The notes beneath the pieces were generated by a model that searched no databases, had not been told where the DNA came from, and saw only the letters and a program-made list of their open reading frames with translations. Shown piece by piece: positions 40,192 through 48,175 of a stretch of 64,000 bases of DNA (its first letter is position 1; the number at the start of each line of letters is the position of its first letter). The stretch is taken from the NCBI GenBank assembly GCA_002753515.1, contig PEAK01000009.1:19350-83349 (forward strand). The letters run 5' to 3'. A program made the position numbers and the translations under genes. This DNA is from Magnetococcales bacterium (lineage in GTDB: Bacteria > Pseudomonadota > Magnetococcia > Magnetococcales > UBA8363).

Positions 40192-41568
40192 CTATTCCGC
40201 ATCTTCCACGACCTGCTGTACCTCTCCCCCAGCGGGAAAGCGATTCATCATCCACAACAACAGCAAAAGTCCCGGCATACCTGCCAGAGAGGTCGCCCAA
40301 AAATACCACTCCCAAGTCATGTGATCGGCCATCCATCCCCCAGCCGATGACAGAACGGTACGCGCAAACGCCATAAACGATGAAAGCAAGGCATACTGGG
40401 TGGCCGTGTAAGCAATGTTACACAGTGAAGACAGGTAAGCCACGAAAGCGGCGGTTCCCATGCCGCCCGCCAAATGTTCAATCAGGACGGTTGCCGCAAA
40501 CACTGCCATATCATGGCCAGAGCGCGCCAAAACAACGAAGGTCAGGTTGGAAAGCAATTGCAATACGCCACAAACCAGCAAGGCTTTCATAATGCCCAAG
40601 CGTTGCACAACCCAGCCACCAAAAAAAGCCCCGACAATGGTCGCCGTCAAGCCGACGACCTTGCTGATTTCCGCAATTTCGATACGGGAAAAACCCAGCT
40701 CGGTGTAAAAAGGATTGCCCATGACCCCGGTCAAGGCGTCACCCAATTTATAAAGCAATATGAACAGCAGTACTTGAACCCAACCTTTTCGCGACATGAA
40801 TTCGGCAAACGGACCAACCACCGCTGCCGATATCCATAATACGACCCGACGTCCCCTATCGTTCAAGCCATGGATACCGGCAATCCGTGCCCGCATCCTT
40901 TTTTCCAGTTTGATGGAAGCGCCACTAATTGGCACCTCCGGTTCCGGAGTCAGCAGGATGGTCACCATCCCCACACTCATAAGCCCCGCCATGATCAGAT
41001 AGGTCATGGTCCAACCGAACCAAGTCGCCAGATACAACGCCAAGGCACCCGAGGTCAACATGCCCAAACGGTACCCCAGGACCACAACCGCAGCCCCGGC
41101 ACCATATTGTTCCTCCTCAAGGATTTCCACCCTGTAAGCGTCAATGACAATATCCTGGGTCGCCGACCAGAATGCGGTCACCAGGGCGAATACAGCGGTC
41201 CACCAGGGAACCTCCCCGGGATGGGTAAAGCCCATGGCGGCAATGGAAAGCATGAGAAACAATTGCGTCAACAATGCCCAACTCCGGCGCCGACCCAGAA
41301 TATCCGTCAGCCATGGCACCGGCATGCGATCCACCAACGGCGACCATAAAAATTTAAACGTGTAAGGCACACCCGAAAGGGCAAAAAGGCCTATGGATGT
41401 TTTACTGACCCCCGCCTCGGACAACCACAGCGATAACGTTCCAAAGGTCAGGGCCAACGGCAATCCACTGGAAAACCCCAGCATCAAGACCGCAACGATT
41501 CTGGGATGCCCATAAATATGTAAGAACTCAGCTATGGCCTCCAGCAGGTTGGACGAACCCCATCGCAT
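40192..41568 (-). CDS. ampG: AmpG-family muropeptide MFS permease
   Basis: LGFSSGLP, KFLWSPLVD, GRRRSW, SATQDIVIDAYR and TATQYALLSS motifs. Confidence 0.93.
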   Translation of the reverse strand: MRWGSSNLLEAIAEFLHIYGHPRIVAVLMLGFSSGLPLALTFGTLSLWLSEAGVSKTSIGLFALSGVPYTFKFLWSPLVDRMPVPWLTDILGRRRSWALLTQLFLMLSIAAMGFTHPGEVPWWTAVFALVTAFWSATQDIVIDAYRVEILEEEQYGAGAAVVVLGYRLGMLTSGALALYLATWFGWTMTYLIMAGLMSVGMVTILLTPEPEVPISGASIKLEKRMRARIAGIHGLNDRGRRVVLWISAAVVGPFAEFMSRKGWVQVLLFILLYKLGDALTGVMGNPFYTELGFSRIEIAEISKVVGLTATIVGAFFGGWVVQRLGIMKALLVCGVLQLLSNLTFVVLARSGHDMAVFAATVLIEHLAGGMGTAAFVAYLSSLCNIAYTATQYALLSSFMAFARTVLSSAGGWMADHMTWEWYFWATSLAGMPGLLLLLWMMNRFPAGGEVQQVVEDAE

Positions 41569-41694
41569 GATCGATTACCCTTCCCTGCTGCCCAACGAAC
41601 CATCCCCCCGAGGCCACACTGTAATGTAACTCGCCTGCAATGGCCAATGAATTATGCACGGGCAGCAGAATGCGAACAGGATTGTCCGAAGGAA

Positions 41695-42735
41695 TCAACG
41701 TCTTTGAAAAAACCAGTGCCTCTCCAGAGCAAAGCGGAACGCCCGCGCCAGCATGCGACGACTCAGATTGTGTTTGATGAGAAAATCCTGGGCGCCTTCA
41801 TGAATACCTCTTGATTGCATCTCTTCATTTTCCCTGTCGGCCATCATCAGAATGGGCGTATCCGCCGCCTTGGACTTGACCGCACGAAATGTGTTCAAAC
41901 CATCGCTGTCCGGCAAGGATAGATCCAACAAGATCCAATCAAAAGAGACCCTTGGCAAAATTTCAAGGGCCTGCTGCAAATTTTCAACAAGGGACACCGT
42001 TATTTTCTTCGGAAGCATTTTGTCCTCTTTGCCATCCGCATCACCGTCAAACCACTCTTTGACCAGCATGGCAAACAGGGGATCATCCTCCACTACCAAT
42101 AGTCTGTATTCCCGATCAAGGTCCAACTCCACATCATCCACTTCCAGATACCCGGTAATCATCGTCCGAATCAATGCCATGGGCGGATCGCTGACAAACG
42201 CCATATAAAAATGCAGGATGAAGAAACAAATCATGGCGTAGGCCATCGACACATGGATACCCGCAACAACCGATAGCCATTCCGAAGGAATACCCATTTT
42301 CGGCCATTCCTTGTAATACACGAACAAGAGACCGCTAATCCACAATACAGGCGATATCAAGGCGTTCAGAACAAGGTAGGCCACCCGTTGCAAAGGATTG
42401 TGTTTCAACCGACGCGTTTTTTTGAAAGGGTGACTCAGGTTGGGATTAAAAATTCCCCTTGAATAATAATGAATAACCTCAATCATCTTTTCCATGGTTG
42501 GAATGTATTGCCGCCACTCCCCGGTGATCAAGTGCCAAAAAATGGTAAAGATCCACAACCAGATGAGACTGAATGCCAAGGTTCGATGCCAGCGCGCCGC
42601 CCGCTCATAATCCAACCAATCCAACAACCCGGTCACATGAAAGCCGGTAATGATCAAACAAGTGATCAACAAAGCCTGGGACCAATGCCAAAATCGTTCG
42701 TATCGGGTGAAAAAAATCTCGCGATGTTTGATCAT
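41695..42735 (-). CDS. Di-heme cytochrome b (PhsC/HydC-like) fused to a C-terminal receiver (REC) domain
   Basis: ERFWHWSQA, WH, KHNPLQR, IH and LH heme-ligand motifs, then LLVVEDD..ILLDLSLPDSDG..GAQDFLIK. Confidence 0.88.
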   Translation of the reverse strand: MIKHREIFFTRYERFWHWSQALLITCLIITGFHVTGLLDWLDYERAARWHRTLAFSLIWLWIFTIFWHLITGEWRQYIPTMEKMIEVIHYYSRGIFNPNLSHPFKKTRRLKHNPLQRVAYLVLNALISPVLWISGLLFVYYKEWPKMGIPSEWLSVVAGIHVSMAYAMICFFILHFYMAFVSDPPMALIRTMITGYLEVDDVELDLDREYRLLVVEDDPLFAMLVKEWFDGDADGKEDKMLPKKITVSLVENLQQALEILPRVSFDWILLDLSLPDSDGLNTFRAVKSKAADTPILMMADRENEEMQSRGIHEGAQDFLIKHNLSRRMLARAFRFALERHWFFQRR

Positions 42736-42741
42736 GGCACC

Positions 42742-44355
42742 TCACTTTCTGCGCCGCCGGCGCAGAATGACACGCATGGTAGCGTGCATCAAAGTCCCGG
42801 ACACGGTCAAAACAACAAACCCCCTGCCAATGACATGCAACAGCGGATTGTTTTTCCGTCCAGGCATATAAATCCCCTCCACCCCATCCATACGGCCACC
42901 GTTACGATGACAATCCTTACATGTCAAAGAGAGTTCCTTGGGGGCCACCATGTGGGTCAGGGGAAAATTCATAACAGCTTTGACAAAACCAACCTCACCA
43001 CTGAACGGAACACCCGCCGCTGCCATGCCGACGCGCACGGAACGTTGCCAATCACCTGAAACTTCAAATGCTTCCCGATCATCTACGTCACTCTTGAGCA
43101 AATGATTGGCCACCAAATGCCGGTTGACGGAATCGTACGGCATCACAGCCCACATGCGTTTAAAAGGCCAAATTCTGGAATCGGGATCCCGCGCCTCACC
43201 ATGGATGTGATTGAGTTGCACACTGTCCCCGTCCGGCAATTTATCCCCCGGCCCCACATAATCCACCCGACCGTTGAACCAGGCATAACGCGGAGTCAGG
43301 TTTTCCGCCCAGATCGAGGTCCCGTGGGTACTCGTGTGTTTGAAGTTCAATTTTTCAGCGATATGCCCTTCCTGCCGCAATATATCGGGGACATCGGTAT
43401 TGCCGGTTTTTTTCCCCGCCGTACGCCAATCCCAATGAACCATGGTCTCCACACCACCGCGAGCCATAACGGGAATGTGACAGGTCTGGCAAGCAACCCG
43501 ATTCACATGATCATCCAGTTTGAAATTACCGGGGTGGGGTGTATTACCATGACACGAGGCACAGGAGGCACGCGTATGATCCGTCTTTCCGGGGCGGTCG
43601 ATACCCAAGGAATCTTGTGCTTTCATGCGATACCGCGACCCGGTGATACGATGCCCGTTGGAGGTATGACAAATAATACAGCCGAAATCGAGACCACTGG
43701 CATTCATGTGCACGTCCAGGAAACGATCTGGATGTGTCAATGAGGAATCCAAATCGCCATGTTTGGCGCCATCCCCCGACCCCCCCCGAAAATGACAAAA
43801 CCCACAATTGGCACGGCTCGGACGGCCCACGCTCTGGGCCAAGGCCGCATAGTCGGGTTTTTTTAATATCTTATCCTTGTACCGCAGTTCCGAGTAACCA
43901 TAATTATATTTTTTATAGCCTCCTGTCTGCTCATGGCAGACCAGGCAATCCACCTTATCGTCTGCATCCTGACGATCTTCGGGATCCTGCCAGCCAAAAC
44001 CAGGATGACAGGTCGTACATTCGCGAAAATTACTCACCGTGGAACCACAAAAAGCATTCAGGACATGTTTTTTTCCGAAAACCTTGCCACTGGTGGTATC
44101 GGTGAACTCCCAGGTCCAATGAATATCCTTGCGCACCATGGCCGCCGCTTCGGTATGACAACTCAAACACGCCCGTGTAACCTCGCGACCCGACTGAAAA
44201 GGCCCCGCCAAAGCGGAAAGCATACGATGCTTGGTAGTGGAAATCGGGATATCAACCCTGCCCTCGCCAGAAGCCCCACCCACGAATCCGACAATACACC
44301 CGGGGAGCAAACACAAAAAAAAACCTACTAAACGCCAATTTATTGCTCGGACCAT
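42742..44355 (-). CDS. Octaheme c-type cytochrome, tetrathionate reductase (OTR) family, with C-terminal membrane anchor
   Basis: Eight CxxCH motifs (CLSCH, CTTCH, CLVCH, CGFCH, CIICH, CASCH, CQTCH, CKDCH); IHWTW and KHGDLDSSL motifs. Confidence 0.92.
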   Translation of the reverse strand: MVRAINWRLVGFFLCLLPGCIVGFVGGASGEGRVDIPISTTKHRMLSALAGPFQSGREVTRACLSCHTEAAAMVRKDIHWTWEFTDTTSGKVFGKKHVLNAFCGSTVSNFRECTTCHPGFGWQDPEDRQDADDKVDCLVCHEQTGGYKKYNYGYSELRYKDKILKKPDYAALAQSVGRPSRANCGFCHFRGGSGDGAKHGDLDSSLTHPDRFLDVHMNASGLDFGCIICHTSNGHRITGSRYRMKAQDSLGIDRPGKTDHTRASCASCHGNTPHPGNFKLDDHVNRVACQTCHIPVMARGGVETMVHWDWRTAGKKTGNTDVPDILRQEGHIAEKLNFKHTSTHGTSIWAENLTPRYAWFNGRVDYVGPGDKLPDGDSVQLNHIHGEARDPDSRIWPFKRMWAVMPYDSVNRHLVANHLLKSDVDDREAFEVSGDWQRSVRVGMAAAGVPFSGEVGFVKAVMNFPLTHMVAPKELSLTCKDCHRNGGRMDGVEGIYMPGRKNNPLLHVIGRGFVVLTVSGTLMHATMRVILRRRRRK

Positions 44356-44459
44356 GACAGTTTCTCCCGTTGGTCCCGCCGCACAAAGCCCAAAAGACCA
44401 CGCGACTGACTATCCATTCAGCCTGTCCAAGGATACTCAAGTATGTCGCAAACAGTGCT

Positions 44460-44849
44460 TTAGAACAGGGGATGGCGACGCACGCAGTCCAAAAGCGCGA
44501 CGACAGTCGCCTCCATATTTTCTAACCCATAATGCTTACGGACCGAGTCCATCCGCTCCACAGTTTCCCTGCTCAGGAGAATGCTGGAAAAAACGAAGTT
44601 TTTTTCAACGCTCTCAAATATTTCCAACTGCTGCCTCGGGGTCAGAAACCTTTCCATCCACAACCGCAAAGCCATCACAGCGCTGTCAGAAGGGTTGTTG
44701 GAAATATCATTGAACTGATCCACCACCCACTTTTCAATATTAATGCGATAGTGGTCGATCATGAATTGAATATTTTTATGGACGTCAGCAAAATTCAATA
44801 GCGTCAGTGATCCTGCCATAGCTCTGTCCTCCAAGCGATCAACCGTCAC
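44460..44849 (-). CDS. Hypothetical protein (possible ribbon-helix-helix-like C-terminus)
   Basis: ORF within the operon, 10 bp from the upstream gene. The start may be 44819. Confidence 0.55.
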   Translation of the reverse strand: MTVDRLEDRAMAGSLTLLNFADVHKNIQFMIDHYRINIEKWVVDQFNDISNNPSDSAVMALRLWMERFLTPRQQLEIFESVEKNFVFSSILLSRETVERMDSVRKHYGLENMEATVVALLDCVRRHPLF

Positions 44850-44859
44850 TGTGAGATCA

Positions 44860-45435
44860 TCACATGCAGCGTCCCCCAGCCTCCTTAAGAATCATGTCCA
44901 CCGCATCATGGCCGTTTTCTTTTGCCAGCAAACGTGCCGTAGCCCCCTCTTTATTCATCAGATTAACCGTGGCATTAGCCGCAACCAAGACTGCAACCGC
45001 ATCGGCATGACCAGCCTGCGAGGCAAACATCAATGCCGTCATGCCGTCCTTGTTTTGAACATTGACATCCGCGCCACGGTCCACCAAAAGTTGAACCACC
45101 TCTTGTTTGCCATGCTTTGCCGCCACAATGATCGTCGTATTACCAGAATCATCTTTAGTGTTTACAGCTTCCCCCTGATCCAAAAGGGCTTTAACCTGGG
45201 CCACTGAGCCATTCTCCGCCTCTTTGAACAATCGAGACGCCCCCTTGGCATCCTTGGCCGTATCCGTGACAGGCTTGGAAACCTCCATTTTTTTTCCAGC
45301 CTCAGCAGGCACTGCCGCCGGTTTGGCAGCCTCAACTTTCTTTCCACTTTCCTCGGTTGCCGATGCCGCATGACCTGCAACGGAATACAGGGAAACGAAC
45401 GAAACCATGAGTAAGATGGACCAACCGTATTTCAT
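44860..45435 (-). CDS. Exported ankyrin-repeat protein
   Basis: Signal ending GHA; ankyrin repeats (GNTTIIVAAKHG, GMTALMFASQAG, GADVN). Confidence 0.88.
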   Translation of the reverse strand: MKYGWSILLMVSFVSLYSVAGHAASATEESGKKVEAAKPAAVPAEAGKKMEVSKPVTDTAKDAKGASRLFKEAENGSVAQVKALLDQGEAVNTKDDSGNTTIIVAAKHGKQEVVQLLVDRGADVNVQNKDGMTALMFASQAGHADAVAVLVAANATVNLMNKEGATARLLAKENGHDAVDMILKEAGGRCM

Positions 45436-45484
45436 AATGAAACGAACTCCTATTAAGCTATGGAAAAACGGCCTTTGTAGCACC

Positions 45485-46057
45485 CTACTGATGCCTGACG
45501 ATACGAGCAAATGGAGAGAATAACTCCCGACGGGATATCTCCGTCTGCGTGGAACAAACCCGACCGGTCCGAGCCATAATGGCATCGCGGGTCTCTATAA
45601 TTTTTTCATGGGCCAGGAACACCGCATCGTTGTTGATGAAACCCGCCACATTCAAAACCAATGGTTCAAGAAAATGCAAACCAAGGTGATCATGGAACTG
45701 CACATGCGCCTTGCGTTGACCTTGATTCACAACGATTGAAACCAAGGGACCCAGGCCTGACGCACCATGACTCCGAACCATTCGCAACCACTCGGCGGTA
45801 TCCGCATGGTCTTGGGGCGGAACAAGAATGCGTACCAACCTGTAGGGGGACAGCAGCAAGAACATCCGCCAACCATCCACCTCTCGGAAAGCCCGAGTAC
45901 AGGGGGACAAGTTACCATTACCCCCTGACCCGACCCCAACCAGATCCAGCTCCCACGATTCAACCGGTTGACACTCTATCACTCCAGCGTAGTAGCTGGC
46001 AAACGCATCCATCAAACTTTGCCCAGCCTCGGAAACAACTTCTTCGGAGTTGCCCAT
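45485..46057 (-). CDS. Putative HybE/HupJ-like Tat-substrate chaperone
   Basis: AFREVDGWRMFLLLSPY and LG.HFLEPL..F patterns resemble HybE; C-terminal SRRELF. Confidence 0.5.
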   Translation of the reverse strand: MGNSEEVVSEAGQSLMDAFASYYAGVIECQPVESWELDLVGVGSGGNGNLSPCTRAFREVDGWRMFLLLSPYRLVRILVPPQDHADTAEWLRMVRSHGASGLGPLVSIVVNQGQRKAHVQFHDHLGLHFLEPLVLNVAGFINNDAVFLAHEKIIETRDAIMARTGRVCSTQTEISRRELFSPFARIVRHQ

Positions 46058-46072
46058 GCCCCCTCCTCGCCC

Positions 46073-46582
46073 TCAGGTCAACGTCATCTCCAGACGATCC
46101 GCCAAAGATCGATAAAGTTGCAGCGCGCTCCCTTCGCGAAGTGCCGATACAAAACGCTGTATCCAGGGTTGAATGAATCGCTCCTTGAATACAGCACCAC
46201 TCATGGAACCGGGAGCCCGGGAACTCTCCTGCAAATAAACCAGGAATTCCAACAAGGTTCCCAAATAGTCAGCCGGCATCCCTTCCACCGGTTCCAATCC
46301 CGCTTCGCGAAAAACCTCTTGTAACGCCCCAACCCCGTTCCCCCCCATCAACCCCTCGTTCCACACCGATAGGAATGGAGGGGCAATGGTACGGGGAAAA
46401 CCATTGATGAAGAGGCGGGTATGTTCCCCCTGCCATTCCTCCAGGGTAATACGTTGCAACTCCAACACCGGCTCCACCAACCAGGGGCAATGCTCTGACC
46501 ACTCTCGAACATTGTCCAGGGCATCCCCCTGGGGGTGGGCCAACAGTCCAACCAGAATACGCAATTCCAGATTGGCGTCCAT
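46073..46582 (-). CDS. TorD/DmsD-family molybdoenzyme chaperone
   Basis: EHTRLFI, APPFLSVW and MPADYLGTLLEF motifs. Confidence 0.88.
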   Translation of the reverse strand: MDANLELRILVGLLAHPQGDALDNVREWSEHCPWLVEPVLELQRITLEEWQGEHTRLFINGFPRTIAPPFLSVWNEGLMGGNGVGALQEVFREAGLEPVEGMPADYLGTLLEFLVYLQESSRAPGSMSGAVFKERFIQPWIQRFVSALREGSALQLYRSLADRLEMTLT

Positions 46583-46584
46583 GA

Positions 46585-47541
46585 TCACCACGGGTAAGCG
46601 TAAATGCCAGCAGCCATGAAATAAGCCCGCAATTGAAACCCACCATTCAGTACCAAAAGCGAAGCCGTCACGATGGGAGCCTTGCCACTCCACGAGCCGA
46701 ACACACACTTCAGCTCCATGGCCAAGGGGACGATCAGTCCGAACAACACGAATCCGAACAACCAACCATTGCTGCCCCACAACATTTCTGCCGAGCGATA
46801 CCCGCCTTCGGACCCGGACAGGGTAAAGTTGAAGAACGAAAACACAATGATCAATTCCGCCGTGATCAAACCAAGGTCAATCCGTTCATATAACGCACGG
46901 ATCGAGTGATCGACCCGGTGATAGATGAATGTATACATGACGATGAGCAACCACGCCATGGCCGTGGAAAACGCTGATACGGTAAAGAGGATGGGAACCG
47001 CCGGGTTATGCCACAGGGTGACCGCCGGAAAACTTTGCAACAACAACCCGGTGTACACCGCCGTGCCGATACCGGTCACAATGCCCACCCAACCGAGGAT
47101 GGGATGAATCTTTTTGGCAACCCCCGCCACCTGCAACACGATGGGCATCTTGAGGACATTGCCAACGACAGGCCACCCCAAAAGGCGAGGTTTTTCGACC
47201 ATGTACGGCAGGGCATAAAGCACTGCGGCAATTTGAATCCAGACGATGAATTGCGAACCCCAGGCGATCCAGGAATCGGGCTTGTGAAACACCCCGTAGG
47301 GCGACACGATGTAGAAAATTGCCCATTTGTTCAGCAGATGCAAAAATAACATCCCCGAACCAACCACCATCATGGCCACCCCGGAAAGCGCCCCCCACAT
47401 CACCAGTTCTTTTTCTTCCCGGAGATACATGTGGGTCAGAAAGCTGACCGCGACCACCGCTGCTCCCATCCCTCCCAGGAACAAATATACCGCAAACCAT
47501 GTCGTCCAATGTTGCTGGGTTGTGAAAGTCAAAATATCCAT
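46585..47541 (-). CDS. NrfD/PsrC-family membrane anchor subunit
   Basis: YLFLGGMG, SWIAWGS, YTGLLL and LWHNP motifs; about 8 TM helices. Confidence 0.9.
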   Translation of the reverse strand: MDILTFTTQQHWTTWFAVYLFLGGMGAAVVAVSFLTHMYLREEKELVMWGALSGVAMMVVGSGMLFLHLLNKWAIFYIVSPYGVFHKPDSWIAWGSQFIVWIQIAAVLYALPYMVEKPRLLGWPVVGNVLKMPIVLQVAGVAKKIHPILGWVGIVTGIGTAVYTGLLLQSFPAVTLWHNPAVPILFTVSAFSTAMAWLLIVMYTFIYHRVDHSIRALYERIDLGLITAELIIVFSFFNFTLSGSEGGYRSAEMLWGSNGWLFGFVLFGLIVPLAMELKCVFGSWSGKAPIVTASLLVLNGGFQLRAYFMAAGIYAYPW

Positions 47542-47551
47542 GGACCCCTCC

Positions 47552-48151
47552 TCATCTTTCGGGAATGTAGTAAACGTTGGGGCGGGTGCCCAGATGGGCC
47601 ATCAGTGGCCGCGCCTTGCCCGATCGAACCAGTTGTGTAACCGGATCATTGGGTTGATCCAGATCCCCGAACATACGTGCATAACCAACACAGGTTTGCA
47701 CGCAAGCCGGCTCGCCTTCCTTCAGCAAACGGTGATAACAGAATGAGCATTTGTCCATGCTGGGGGATTTTCTCTGCAACTTGCCGTAATACTCCTTGCC
47801 CGTGTCGATATCATCCGAAGTAGCTGGATACCGGGCATCATAAGGACAGGCCATGGCACAGGCACCACACCCCAGGCAGCGTTCCACTTCCACCAACACC
47901 ACCCCTTCCTTCGTTTTATAGGTGGCACCGCTGGGGCAAACCGTCATACAGGGCGGGTTGTCGCAGTGGTTACACAACCGGGGGATGAAACGACGCGTAA
48001 TCCCATGTCCATCGCCCACCTCCCGATCATGAACCTTGGTCCTCCAGTGATCCGCCCAGACCGGCGTCTGGTTTTCCAATGAACAGGCGGCCATGCAGGC
48101 ATTGCAACCGACACAGGTAGCCAGGTCAATGACCATTGCATAATGAGTCAT
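47552..48151 (-). CDS. Four-cluster Fe-S subunit (PsrB/NrfC-like)
   Basis: CVGCNACMAAC, CNHCDNPPCMTVCP, CLGCGACAMACPY and KCSFC..PACVQTC. Confidence 0.95.
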   Translation of the reverse strand: MTHYAMVIDLATCVGCNACMAACSLENQTPVWADHWRTKVHDREVGDGHGITRRFIPRLCNHCDNPPCMTVCPSGATYKTKEGVVLVEVERCLGCGACAMACPYDARYPATSDDIDTGKEYYGKLQRKSPSMDKCSFCYHRLLKEGEPACVQTCVGYARMFGDLDQPNDPVTQLVRSGKARPLMAHLGTRPNVYYIPER

Positions 48152-48175
48152 GATGTATTCTCCTCGTCGGCGCTC

